DNA of 63,992 nt, filler included, from Lama guanicoe (GCA_013239625.1; 82 parts of 78 records of this genome joined end to end with filler, not necessarily neighbours in it); one strand, 5' to 3'. Counted from the first letter of the whole stretch, positions 1-12,878 are shown. The notes: generated by a model from the sequence alone, not told the origin. Numbers and translations are program-made.

Positions 1-494
1 CTCATCTGCCTGATTCTAAAAACTAGGGTGGAAAACCCTTCGACTGGAGTGGTCCAGCAGCACAGCCTATCACTCTATCTTTGTTCAGATCTAGCTTTAT
101 ACAGCCTAAGACCTCATTCCTATGGAACTCGAGGGCAAACGATAACAATAAGGATTTTATATTCAGTAGTTTCTTACGTCTCATTTATTTAAAGTGTCAG
201 CAGGTCAGCAGAAAACTCTGGGAAATATGAGTGGGTCCAGAGCTTTTTGTTGATAAGAAACTCAGACAGAGTGACCTTCCCATGAGAGGTCTCATGCACA
301 TAAACTAAAGGCAGCTGAGCAATAAAAAGTAGCATGACCCTGGAACTCAAGCAAGAAGGAACCCTGCCATCCCCTGCCCAGTTGCCTCTTCAACCGCGTG
401 GACACAATGGCAGAAGACCAAAGTTCTTGTCAAAGTTACACCATAATGGATACTCACCCATAAATAGTTACGACTCCATGCTCTCTTAAGTCCT

Positions 495-594
495 NNNNNN
501 NNNNNNNNNNNNNNNNNNNNNNNNNNNNNNNNNNNNNNTTAATTAATTAANNNNNNNNNNNNNNNNNNNNNNNNNNNNNNNNNNNNNNNNNNNN
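495..594. other. Artificial 100-bp scaffold spacer (first of about 80 identical copies)
   Basis: 44 N + TTAATTAATTAA + 44 N. The palindromic 12-mer gives stops in all six frames and recurs unchanged between all segments. Confidence 0.98.
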
Positions 595-1769
595 AAATAC
601 CATTCAGTTTTCTGTCTGGGAAGAAATTTTCATCAGAGAAGATATTATGTCAAAAGGGCACTTTCATCAAGAAAGCATGTAATATTAGATTGATAAAACA
701 TATATCCCCTCCTTTCTTACATTCTTTGTCTCATGCTGTGCTCAGATGTTGGTTTTCTGGACACATATTCTCATGATTCTGCACTGGAAAAATGACTAAG
801 TTGAATTCTTGAAGGGCATTAACCCTTGAATCCTCTCTTTTAAATTAGTCAATAGCAAGAAGAAATTGTGTTGTTTTGGCCCAAAACCCCTGAAAGAAAA
901 TCAATACAATTTCTTTTGCATTGGCTCTGTGTAGGCGGTATGATTATGATGAACGTAATTCCTAAGGAACAGACGATACAAGTTAAGACCTCACGTGGCA
1001 ACTCGTGATAGTAACAGATTATACCTGAAAGCCCCCAAATTGTCTTAAGAATGCTTTCGGATAATCATGAGCCAAAGCAACATTCAGAAATCCTCTTTAG
1101 AAGTAAGTAGGTGGTTTGTCAACATTGTGTTACCCAGGCGTTTCAGGGTACATCTCTTTCTAGTTCCCAAAAGAAGCCTTTGATCATTACTCAGGGAGAC
1201 CGTACTGAAATGTATTCCTCGTGCCCTGGGGCCTCACTGACCTGTCTGCTGTGGCTGGGGGCCAGCGGTGATTGCACCCCACAGCACGCCAAGGCACTTT
1301 GTGTGTGTTATGGACCGAATCGTGTCCCTTCCAACATNNNNNNNNNNNNNNNNNNNNNNNNNNNNNNNNNNNNNNNNNNNNTTAATTAATTAANNNNNNN
1401 NNNNNNNNNNNNNNNNNNNNNNNNNNNNNNNNNNNNNGCATCCTGGGCCCCCGGGGAGCCGGGGAGAAAGAACAACACTGGTTGGAGGCTGGCTTCCTGG
1501 CAGACAGCACACCTGGGCCTCACCAACCCGTGCTCTCACCTCCCACTTGCCCCCTCTCTGTCCTTCAGCAAAGGTGCACAGAGCTCCACGTGCATACTGG
1601 GCTTTCATTGAGCGGCCATTTATTAAGTGCTGCCTGCATGCCAGGGCCTACACCAGGCATGAGGGTGCGGAGTGGGAGAGATGGGTGGGGCATGTGCACG
1701 TATTAAACACCTGCTGTTGCTGGGCTGGGTGCCATGGAGAGGTGCCTCCCTGAGCCAGAATGGGTGCAC

Positions 1770-1920
1770 ACACTGACTTTGCCACCTGCTGCTTTGTGAC
1801 CTGCAGCAAGTTCCACTGCCCCCTGAGCCTCAGTTTCCTTATTAGTGCATCGACCCGCAGGTCCCTGAAGGGCGGTGAGAATGGAGTGAAACATTTGATA
1901 AATGTACACCAGGCTCTGCA
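1770..1920 (+). mobile_element. MIR SINE fragment
   Basis: Core-like motif tgtgacctgcagcaagtt...ctgagcctcagtttccttatt. Confidence 0.7.
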
Positions 1921-2743
1921 AAGTACTGGCTTCTCACTGACCCTCATGAGGCCCTCTGTGTCGGGCCTTATGGCCAGGAGCCCCATTGAACGGGTAAGGA
2001 TATAGGCTCAGGGAGGAGGAAGCANNNNNNNNNNNNNNNNNNNNNNNNNNNNNNNNNNNNNNNNNNNNTTAATTAATTAANNNNNNNNNNNNNNNNNNNN
2101 NNNNNNNNNNNNNNNNNNNNNNNNAGAAGTAAATGAAGCAAAGGAGTACAAATACTGCTAGGGAAAGGCAAGATGTTAATTTTGTTCCTGCTTTCATAAC
2201 ACACAAATTAGGGACTGGCTTTCCCCCATCTCTTGTCAAGCACTGAGTTGCAGAAGAAGAGGCGACAGCCCATTTCTCACTGAGATTTTGACTGTACGTG
2301 GCATCTTATAGACACAAATTATTTACACTGATCAAACACTCAAGCAGCAGGCCGTAATTCTCCTATTTTGAGAGACAAGAAAACAGGAAATGAAAGAAGG
2401 TATATAGCTTGACAAAAGTCTGAGGACCAGTAATAGAGGATGAATTCAAACTCAGATCTGAATGCAGAGTCTGATCTTCCCACTCACAGAGCTGGAAAAT
2501 CCTTAACACACAGGCTTCCCAGCTCCACTGCATTGTTCCCGGCAGCAAGCATTTCCCATGGCGATGGTCTTCAGTTCTCAGACCCAGCGCTCTCTGCAGC
2601 CAATAACCTCCATGCGACCTTGATCATCTACCAGCCTCGCCCANNNNNNNNNNNNNNNNNNNNNNNNNNNNNNNNNNNNNNNNNNNNTTAATTAATTAAN
2701 NNNNNNNNNNNNNNNNNNNNNNNNNNNNNNNNNNNNNNNNNNN

Positions 2744-3518
2744 CACTAGGAAACAGACTGAGAACCCAGAGTATGTGTTTCTCCTGCAACACGTTCCTTT
2801 TTGCTGAATGAACGAACGTCTATCCACATGCTCAGTTCTGAGAGATAAATGTGTGTGAAAGCCTTCCTTCGCCTAGGTTGAAGGGAACACAAAGTTAAAT
2901 TTCAGTTGCAAACTCCATTCCATACATATATATGCTGAGGTACNNNNNNNNNNNNNNNNNNNNNNNNNNNNNNNNNNNNNNNNNNNNNNNNNNNNNNNNN
3001 NNNNNNNNNNNNNNNNNNNNNNNNNNNNNNNNNNNNNNNNNNNNNNNNNNNNNNNNNNNNNNNNNNNNNNNNNNNNNNNNNNNNNNNNNNNNNNNNNNNN
3101 NNNNNNNNNNNNNNNNNNNNNNNNNNNNNNNNNNNNNNNNNNNNNNNNNNNNNNNNNNNNNNNNNNNNNNNNNNNNNNNNNNNNNNNNNNNNNNNNNNNN
3201 NNNNNNNNNNNNNNNNNNNNNNNNNNNNNNNNNNAACAGACTGAGAAACCAGAGTAAGTGTTTCTCCTTCAACCCGTTCCCTTTGTGCTGAATGAACGAA
3301 CGTCTCTCAACATGCTCAGTTCTGAAAGATAAGTGTGTGTGAAAGCAGTCCTTCATTTGGCTTGAAGGGAACACAAAGTTTCTATTCAGTTGCAAACTCC
3401 ACTCCATACATACAAATGGGGAGGTAAAAGCTCCAACACTGTTTTACAGAGAAAACCGCAGGAAACTCCAACCGGCACTAGGAAACAGACTGAGAAACCA
3501 GAGTAAGGTTTTCCCCTG
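2744..3518. repeat. 249-bp satellite (family A)
   Basis: Recurring motif ggaaacagactgagaaaccagagtaagtgtttctcc shared with the other family A scaffolds. Confidence 0.92.
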
Positions 3519-3618
3519 NNNNNNNNNNNNNNNNNNNNNNNNNNNNNNNNNNNNNNNNNNNNTTAATTAATTAANNNNNNNNNNNNNNNNNNNNNNNNNN
3601 NNNNNNNNNNNNNNNNNN

Positions 3619-4092
3619 AGAATATAGAGTATAGAATTCGAAATGCAGAATATAGATTGTAGAATATACAATTAAAAACACAAAATTTTATATATAGTAT
3701 TGAGAATATAGAACACAGAATTTAAAAATGGAATGTAGAACATATATTTAAAAATATCGTATACAGTATACTTAATATAGAATTTAGAATTTAGAATGTA
3801 AAAAACAGAATATAGAATAGAGAATAGAGAACACAGAATTTAGAACATGGAATGCAGAACACAGAATTTAGAATAAAGAATACAAAATAGTGAATATAGA
3901 ATTTAGAATTTAGAATGTATAACACAGAATATAGAATATAGAATTCGAAATGCAGAATATAGAATGTAGAATATAGAATGAAAAACCCAAAAATTTTATA
4001 TAGAATTGAGAATATAGAAAAAAGAATTTAAACATGGAATGTTGAACACATATTTAAAAATATAGAATACAGAATACTGAATATAGAATTTT
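3619..4092. repeat. AT-rich heptamer-based satellite (family C)
   Basis: Degenerate tandem TAGAATA/CAGAACA units with CATGGAATGCAGAACACAGAATTTAGAA modules. Confidence 0.92.
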
Positions 4093-4195
4093 NNNNNNNN
4101 NNNNNNNNNNNNNNNNNNNNNNNNNNNNNNNNNNNNTTAATTAATTAANNNNNNNNNNNNNNNNNNNNNNNNNNNNNNNNNNNNNNNNNNNNCCA

Positions 4196-4679
4196 ATTTT
4201 TTTTGAATTTTTTTTATTGAGTTACAGTCAATTTACAATGTTGTGTCTTTTTCTGGTGTGCAGCACAATTTTTCAGTCATACATGAATATACATACATTC
4301 ATTTTCATATTCTTTTTCACCATGAGCTACTACTACAAGATCTTGAATATATTTCTCTGTGCTACACAGTATAAACTTGTTTATCTATTCTATATATACC
4401 TGTNNNNNNNNNNNNNNNNNNNNNNNNNNNNNNNNNNNNNNNNNNNNNNNNNNNNNNNNNNNNNNNNNNNNNNNNNNNNNNNNNNNNNNNNNNNNNNNNN
4501 NNNNNNNNNNNNNNNNNNNNNNNNNNNNNNNNNNNNNNNNNNNNNNNNNNNNNNNNNNNNNNNNNNNNNNNNNNNNNNNNNNNNNNNNNNNNNNNNNNNN
4601 NNNNNNNNNNNNNNTCTTCAGGAACATCCCTGTTGCTGCAAATGGCTTTATGTTCTTTTTTATATCTGAGTAATATTTC
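4196..4679 (-). mobile_element. L1 3' end
   Basis: Poly-T start, reverse-strand AATAAA, and 3' UTR similar to the other L1 tails in the window. Confidence 0.85.
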
Positions 4680-5707
4680 NNNNNNNNNNNNNNNNNNNNN
4701 NNNNNNNNNNNNNNNNNNNNNNNTTAATTAATTAANNNNNNNNNNNNNNNNNNNNNNNNNNNNNNNNNNNNNNNNNNNNACCTATGGCTAAAAAGACCTT
4801 CCAGGTTGCCGGGAAAGATGCAACACAAGAATTGCCTGTGGATCAGAAACAATAATCAGATAATTAAAAGCTTATATAGCACATACTGCACTTCGCTTCA
4901 GGAAAGGGAGGGGTATTCAGTATTTAATCAGATATTGCTAATACTCCTGAATATATACAAAAGACACAGGCTCATGGAAACTCATCTTTGAAGAGGAAAG
5001 AATCCAGTCCAGCCACTTCATTTTACAGGAGGGGAGACTGAGATCTGGGATCTGTCCTCATGGCCATCGGCATCAAAGCTCTCCTAGGCCTCATGTCTTG
5101 TACTGTAGCAACAACCAACAGACCTGCACTAGGCCTATATTCATAAAAGCCACGTCTGTATTTTTCCAACAGTAGGTTATCTAAATATCTTGCAAAATAC
5201 TTCTCAAAGAGCCAAGAAATCATACAAGTGTATTGAAATACAAAAACATTTATTTACATATTAAAACAGCATGAGCTTTTTTCTATTAAAAAAGCTGACA
5301 TGTCAAATCAATGTTTTGATANNNNNNNNNNNNNNNNNNNNNNNNNNNNNNNNNNNNNNNNNNNNNNNNNNNNNNNNNNNNNNNNNNNNNNNNNNNNNNN
5401 NNNNNNNNNNNNNNNNNNNNNNNNNNNNNNNNNNNNNNNNNNNNNNNNNNNNNNNNNNNNNNNNNNNNNNNNNNNNNNNNNNNNNNACTGAGTTGTAACA
5501 ATACACATTCTGTGTAAATAATCTTCAAGGTCGTCTGCTTAACTCAATTAACTAGTCTCTGTCTCAATAGAATGATACAGATTTCATTAAAAGTTCATAC
5601 TGCACGCNNNNNNNNNNNNNNNNNNNNNNNNNNNNNNNNNNNNNNNNNNNNTTAATTAATTAANNNNNNNNNNNNNNNNNNNNNNNNNNNNNNNNNNNNN
5701 NNNNNNN

Positions 5708-6594
5708 ATAGGACTAGGAACAAATTATTCAGTTGATACAAAGCATTATAAAAATCTCATAGTAAATGTCAATCATCTGGAACAAGGCCCAGAGATTTCC
5801 TTTCACCTCTGTTATTCACTATTGTACAGGAAATTCCAGGCAAATCCAGGATGAAAGAGAATAAAGATAAAATTGTTACATATAAAAGGATGTCTATTCA
5901 CAGACACAGTTGACATCAATCATTTTACATACACATCTTGAAAGCATGAGCAATTCATTGACTAGCTCAATTTTTAAAATGTGAGCAACTGAAGTACTTC
6001 AGCAAGTAGACAATACACAATATCAATGTATCAGAATTTGTTTACATGGACACATTGACAATGAATAATCTCAAGAATTTAAGAGAATTGTATTTTACAT
6101 GATGTCAATATTACTAAAATTAAGAATTAACTTAATCCAGGTACAAGACTAATAAATTGAAGTGTAAAAGATATCACTAAAAGAAATGAAATAAAACCTT
6201 AAAAAAGGAAGACATCCCATGTTGATAACAAAACTAAACATGGCACAAGTGCCCAAAGCAGTTTAGGGAGTCAACGTAATTTCTATGACAATTTTGGAAT
6301 AAACACAGAAGTTGATTTTAGCATTTGTATATCATTTTAGGAACCCCAAAAGATGAAACAAACTTGAAAAAAGAAAACCAAAGATAGAGCTGTGTATTTT
6401 CAAATTTCATGTCAGTACAAAGCAATATAAAAAATATGATATTTTCATAAAAATGTATAGATAAATGACAATCCACAATTAGCCCACACATAATCCCATT
6501 CACTTAGGATCAATACATTTTTGACAAGCACAGATATTTAGGGTTTTTTTTTTTTAATAGTCTTTTCCACAAATGGTGCTGGGTAACTAGCTAA
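5708..6594 (+). mobile_element. Old degenerate L1 ORF2 fragment
   Basis: A-rich, with L1-like motifs such as ggaagacatcccatgtt and ttttccacaaatggtgctgggtaactag. Confidence 0.8.
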
Positions 6595-6694
6595 NNNNNN
6601 NNNNNNNNNNNNNNNNNNNNNNNNNNNNNNNNNNNNNNTTAATTAATTAANNNNNNNNNNNNNNNNNNNNNNNNNNNNNNNNNNNNNNNNNNNN

Positions 6695-7375
6695 GGTTGC
6701 ACCCTGGTTGAAGTTTAGGAAAACGACCTTCATTTGCAGATATTTTGTGATATGTATTTGAAAAGTAGAAGGCTCCAACATCAGTCCGTAATAATTGCCC
6801 TGTATGGGAGATAAGATACTCTACTGAGAAATAGAAGTTGTAGTTCAAATGGAGTTCACAACACGGCCATTTGTTTCATTGTAACTGCTTTGAGAGTGCC
6901 AGTGGAGAGTGGTCAACTTATTTAGAATAGCTCGTTGACCCACTGCAATTTGTTCTGGTGGTCTGACATTGATGATGGAGGAGAAAAATCACCTCTGATC
7001 GGGGTAGTTGTATCACCAATTATGTGGCTAGTAGAGGGCTTTCTTTTTAGAAATTTGCAGAATGTAATCATGGACTTTCTCCAATAGTGTCATCCACAAA
7101 TCCAGAATTATTATTATCCACATTATACCCTGCTTTAAAGTGCTGCTCTTTGAAGTCTTCAGCCAATGAAGACACCAGAGAGGCATTTTTAATCCCAACT
7201 CTTCTAATCCAGAATTATTATTATCCACATTATACCCTGCTTTAAAGTGCTGCTCTTTGAAGTCTTCAGCCAATGAAGACACCAGAGAGGCATTTTTAAT
7301 CCCAACTCTTCTTTTTATTCTCACTAAAACCTGGGGACAGCCTCGTTTAAAATTTGGATTATGATAAAAGTGCAG
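6695..7375 (-). pseudogene. HSFY: HSFY-family heat shock transcription factor, exon 2, disrupted (upstream intron sequence at 7376-7666)
   Basis: After acceptor ttgtag (AG at 7377-7376) the minus strand reads LHFYHNPNFKRGCPQVLVRIKRRVGIKNASLVSSLAEDFKEQHFKAG. In shifted frames it continues RKPSTSHIIGDTTTPIRGDFSPPSS, RPPEQIAVGQRAILNKLTTLHWHSQSSY and SILSPIQGNYYGLMLEPST. These match the end of the HSFY DNA-binding domain and its C-terminus as I recall them. There are stops (6845-6847, 6821-6823) and several frameshifts. Confidence 0.9.
7099..7312. repeat. Perfect 107-bp tandem duplication inside the HSFY exon
   Basis: 7099-7205 is identical to 7206-7312. Confidence 0.95.
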
Positions 7376-8307
7376 CTACAACCAAAGGAGAAACATTTTA
7401 GTAATATTTATACCAAAATACAAGACTACAATAAGCCTAACGTATAAAACCTGATTCCACGTTTACTATGTAAGGATAATATCATCAAAATATGAACATT
7501 GCTAACAATATTTTGAAGTTCCTTATTTGGAAAATACACATTTTAATATTATAGTCATCAAATTTAAATGTCAGCATTTGCGGTAAAAGTGAATGACACT
7601 TTTGAAAAGCAGCTTTTTTACCTTTATATGGATTTCTGGAATGATTCATAGTTGTAAGCAAAGTTTNNNNNNNNNNNNNNNNNNNNNNNNNNNNNNNNNN
7701 NNNNNNNNNNTTAATTAATTAANNNNNNNNNNNNNNNNNNNNNNNNNNNNNNNNNNNNNNNNNNNNACATTAAAATTGCAAAAGAGACAATCTTATTGTA
7801 TATTTATAAATATTTTTGCCATTGTATCACACAGAAATTTATCAGACCTTATAAGTAATAAATTTTCTTGTCATCTTCATAATCCATACTCTTGGGGATT
7901 CTGTTAAGGGTTCCAAAATGATGTTGATAAATAGACTTATGCACAAGATACTGGGTTCAATAAGCATTGCCTCCATTAAGGGGCAAACATCAATCAAAAA
8001 ACAAAGATATAACAGTATATGTATGTTGGGGTGGAAAAGACCAAGTAATACATTTTAGGAAGCAATATGTTTCTCAGTCTTGAAACAGCAGGCATTGTTA
8101 TTATAATACGGCAATTTAAGGCAAGTGCCTTGTGCAATAATTGTAAATAATAGCTATGTCTGTATCAGTAAACTGTAGCAAATCCAGTTCTACCAAAATT
8201 TATATTTNNNNNNNNNNNNNNNNNNNNNNNNNNNNNNNNNNNNNNNNNNNNTTAATTAATTAANNNNNNNNNNNNNNNNNNNNNNNNNNNNNNNNNNNNN
8301 NNNNNNN

Positions 8308-9502
8308 ATGTGTTGTTGGATTCTATTTGCTAAAATTTTGGTGAGGATTTTGGCATGTATGTTCATCAGTGATATTGGCCTATAATTCTCTTTTTTTTTG
8401 TAGTATCTTTGCCTGGTTTTGGTATCAGGGTGATGGTGGCTTCATAGATTAAGTTTGGGAGCATTCCCTCCTTTTCAATCGTCTGGAAGAGTTTGAGAAA
8501 GACTGGTATGAGTTCTTCTTTGTATGTTTGGTAGAATTCCCCAGTGAAGCCATCTGGTCCTGGACTTTTATTTGTAGGGAGGTTTTTAATTGCTATTTCT
8601 ATTNNNNNNNNNNNNNNNNNNNNNNNAGTGATTGGACAAGTGTTCAGATTCTTCTTGATTCAGTCTTGGTGGACAGTATGTTTCCAGAAACTTGTCCATC
8701 TCCTCTAGGTTATCCAGTTTGTTTCCATATAGTTTTTCGTAATATTGTAGTATGATATTCTGTATTTCTATTATGTTTGTCATAATTTCTCCATTTTCCT
8801 TTCTTATTTTGCTAATTTGTGCTCTCTCTTTTTTCTTCTTTGTGAGTTTGGCCAGAGATTTGTCGATTTTATTTACTTTTTCAAAAAACCAGCTTTTGGT
8901 TCGGTTGATTTTTTCTATGGTCTTGTTAANNNNNNNNNNNNNNNNNNNNNNNNNNNNNNNNNNNNNNNNNNNNNNNNNNNNNNNNNNNNNNNNNNNNNNN
9001 NNNNNNNNNNNNNNNNNNNNNNNNNNNNNNNNNNNNNNNNNNNNNNNNNNNNNNNNNNNNNNNNNNNNNNNNNNNNNNNNNNNNNNNNNNNNNNNNNNNN
9101 NNNNNNNNNNNNNNNNNNNNNNNNNNNNNNNNNNNNNNNNNNNNNNNNNNNNNNNNNNNNNNNNNNNNNNNNNNNNNNNNNNNNNNNNNNNNNNNNNNNN
9201 NNNNNNNNNNNNNNNNNNNNNNNNNCTTTGTTTCTCTGTTGTTGATTTCCAGTTTCATGGCATTGTGGTCAGTAAAGATGCTTGAGATAATTTCTATCTT
9301 CTTAAATTGTTGAGGTTTCTTTTGTGTCCAAGTACATGATCGATCCTGGAAAATGTTCCATGTGCACTTGAAAAGAATGTGTATCCTATTTTTGGGGGGT
9401 GTAATGCTCTAAAAATATCCACCAAATCTACTTTTTCTATTGTAGTATTTAACTTTTCTGTTGCCTTGCTTATTTTCTGTCTGGAAGATCTGTCTAGTGA
9501 TG
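8308..9502 (-). mobile_element. L1 ORF2 fragment (relatively young)
   Basis: Minus-strand peptide [40 protein letters not shown] is a typical L1 ORF2 segment. Confidence 0.95.
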
Positions 9503-9602
9503 NNNNNNNNNNNNNNNNNNNNNNNNNNNNNNNNNNNNNNNNNNNNTTAATTAATTAANNNNNNNNNNNNNNNNNNNNNNNNNNNNNNNNNNNNNNNNNN
9601 NN

Positions 9603-9790
9603 GCAGAAGTGCAAAGTCAATGTCAGTGGGCTAAAACCAACGTGTGGCCAATGCTACGTTACACACCGAGGCTCTAGGGAGAGATTCGTCTTCCTACCTT
9701 TCCCAGCTTGCAGAGGTGCTCACACTCCTTGGCCCAGGGCCCTGTGTCACTGTGACCTCTGCTGCCACTTTACATCTCTGTCTCTGACTA
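9603..9790 (-). mobile_element. MaLR (MLT1-like) LTR fragment
   Basis: gaggctctagggagagattcgtcttcctacctttcccagcttgcagagg resembles the MLT1 consensus. Confidence 0.65.
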
Positions 9791-10184
9791 TATAGATATA
9801 GAGGAAGAGTCTTCTACATCTGGTATGGACCCTTTTNNNNNNNNNNNNNNNNNNNNNNNNNNNNNNNNNNNNNNNNNNNNNNNNNNNNNGTCAACAAGAG
9901 ACCACTCTGGGCTTTAAGTGTCCTCTTTGTATTGTCACCTGGGAACTTCTCTCTCCATAGTTAGCTCTGTGTTACTTTGTTGTTGTATTTTACCCGGCAT
10001 GACTGAAAGTTTTCTTAAAAGGGATCCTAATTAGTTCTGTTTACCTGTTTACAGAGCTGAAAGCTTCAGTTCTAGAGTATCTGTNNNNNNNNNNNNNNNN
10101 NNNNNNNNNNNNNNNNNNNNNNNNNNNNTTAATTAATTAANNNNNNNNNNNNNNNNNNNNNNNNNNNNNNNNNNNNNNNNNNNN

Positions 10185-10694
10185 TGCAGGGGACGCTGTT
10201 GGAGGAAGCAGTCAGTTTCTTTTCCTTTGCATTCAACTTCCCGGTGCCATTTACCTTACTTTGCCTTCATAAAGGGGCAGAAGTGGGTCTAAAATCCATG
10301 CCACTCTTTTGTTCCCTTTATGAGGCTGGCTTTTCTGAGTATCAGGACAACATGGCCTTCTCCTAAGTAGCTGGCTCACCTGGATCTGTTGGACACAGGG
10401 ACAGCAAAAAGGGCCATAGCTTCCTCTCTGCTTCAGCCAGTGGGCATTCAGAGCTGGGTCTGTGGTTTGCCTCAGCAGCTGTGCAGACCTCCCTGCTGTG
10501 GCCTTTACTTTTAACCCATGTTGGCAGTAGATAGCTGAATCCGTGTCTGTTGCAGTTGACGTCCACCACTGACGGCTTTGTTAGTTTGTGGTAGTCAGTC
10601 TCCAACACCCCAGTCAACCGTGAAGGAAGATGCTTTGGCCGACCTAGGACCTTGGATTCTCACCCCCACCATGGTTCATCTCACCCGGTGGAAG
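10185..10694. repeat. Low-copy duplicated segment, paralog of 59511-60027
   Basis: Collinear, same-orientation similarity over about 500 bp with substitutions and indels. Confidence 0.92.
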
Positions 10695-10939
10695 NNNNNN
10701 NNNNNNNNNNNNNNNNNNNNNNNNNNNNNNNNNNNNNNTTAATTAATTAANNNNNNNNNNNNNNNNNNNNNNNNNNNNNNNNNNNNNNNNNNNNCTTTGG
10801 ATCTGTTTTAAGTTCCTTTATCAATGTTTTCTGATTTTTAACGTATAGGTTTTCACATATTTGTTAACTTCATTTATATGTGTTCTTTACATATATATAT
10901 TATTATATACATAATATTTGTAACCTCGTTTCCTACACA

Positions 10940-11562
10940 AACACAGCAGGCAGAAGGCAGTGGCAAGAAAGATTCAAAGTCCTGAATGAAAGAAAGCTGT
11001 AATCTAAGATACTTTATCAAGCAAGGCTATATTTTAGAAGAAGGAGAGATAAATAACTTCCACACAAGCAAATACTTAAAGAATTTAGCAAGAGAAAAAG
11101 AAATAAGAAAGATCTACTCTAAATAAAAAAGAAGCAGGATGCTATAGAAAAGAGGAAGTCATAATTATAAAGGTAATATCTATAATGACTTACAACACAA
11201 TAAATATGATGTTGTAAAAGAAGAGAACAAAAATTTTAAGGGTCACAGAATGAAACAGGAAAATAAAGAGTGTTTTCTTGTTTCTGTTTTCTGTTGTATG
11301 GGTTTGAATTTGTATTCTTATCAGTTAAATTAAACAAATATATTACGGCTCAATATGCATACAAAACAAGATAACCATAAGTCAAAAGCATACAATGAAG
11401 TCACAAAGCCAAAAAGAACCCAAAATTATAAAAGAAAACTTATCAAGCCACAAAAAAAAAAAAGAAAATACCAAATCAACTAGAGAATGAATTTCAGTAT
11501 GGAAATAAACATTTCTATCAATAATTATCACAAATGTTAATGGACTTAGTGCTTCAATCAAA
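10940..11562 (+). mobile_element. L1 ORF1 end, inter-ORF region and ORF2 start
   Basis: ORF1 C-terminal motifs, then tcaataattatcacaaatgttaatggacttagtgcttcaatcaaa (the endonuclease NVNGL motif). Confidence 0.8.
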
Positions 11563-12878
11563 NNNNNNNNNNNNNNNNNNNNNNNNNNNNNNNNNNNNNN
11601 NNNNNNTTAATTAATTAANNNNNNNNNNNNNNNNNNNNNNNNNNNNNNNNNNNNNNNNNNNNTAAGGGAGGATCTTAGGAGGACGGAAATGAATGCAGGA
11701 GCTAGAATCCAATTTGGTCTTACTTCATTTCAAGAACAATATGGGAGAAATAAATCTGAGATGCCAGATGCTCTCCTAAAGAGACAAGGAAAAAAAAAAC
11801 GGATGTGAAAAAGACATGTGGATCTTTCTCAAACAATGAAAATTAAAATAAAAGATGCTAACTACTTGGCATCTTTTTTTCTGTTCCTAAGTATGTCTTG
11901 GAGAAATATTTTAAAATATATACTCATATACAAATAGATATTTAGAATCAACCTCGGGGGAGATGTACTTAATTTAACAGTGAAATGTCTTTAACTGTGG
12001 TGTCTGATCACAGAAGCAGCTAGTTTCCACGCTGCATTATTTCATCCATACCCAGATCTATGCACTGACCTGACCCNNNNNNNNNNNNNNNNNNNNNNNN
12101 NNNNNNNNNNNNNNNNNNNNTTAATTAATTAANNNNNNNNNNNNNNNNNNNNNNNNNNNNNNNNNNNNNNNNNNNNAAAAAAAAGTGTCCTGTATCTCAG
12201 ATTTTGAAGAAAACAGGTACTGGCACTCTCCAACTTTCTTCTTCTCTCTGATTTTTCTTAGTTCTCTGTGTCCGAGACAAACCAGCCTATTTTGCATACA
12301 GACTATACAGTGCAATCCACGTAAGTACGACCCACGTATTTTAAACAGTTCTCCAGAAGTCGTGTCTACTTTCTCAAAGGACTAGTTTTACTTTAGTCAT
12401 TTAAATGGGGACTCCCATGTTTGAACTTGGGTGCAAATATATTAATTCTAAAGAAAATACGCTCAAGTGAAAAAATGACACCCATCAAATAAAAATAATG
12501 GTCTGCTTTCTGTACCCAATAGAGGTACCACAGAAGTGTGCTTCCTCAGGGCCTGTCTCCCCCACCTGCTTTAGCGTTTCTTAGCATCTGAAGGCACTCA
12601 GAACCAAACACTTCTATAGCTCTCCAAAGACCCCACCTCATACTCAGGCAATTTCGAAACACATGGCCTCCAGCAGAAACTGTCAAAACATTACAGATTC
12701 TCAGTAAGAAGTAGCTACCTTCCTCAAGCTGAAAAACACAAAATATGAGCAGTTATTTTTAAAGTGTTTTTTTAAAAANNNNNNNNNNNNNNNNNNNNNN
12801 NNNNNNNNNNNNNNNNNNNNNNTTAATTAATTAANNNNNNNNNNNNNNNNNNNNNNNNNNNNNNNNNNNNNNNNNNNN

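Noticed and set aside
3619..7666. Functional link between GAA-rich satellite and the HSFY copy (heat-shock elements)
   Set aside because: The GAA cores are direct repeats with period 7, not alternating inverted nGAAn pentamers. The segments are also unlinked scaffolds and the HSFY copy is disrupted.
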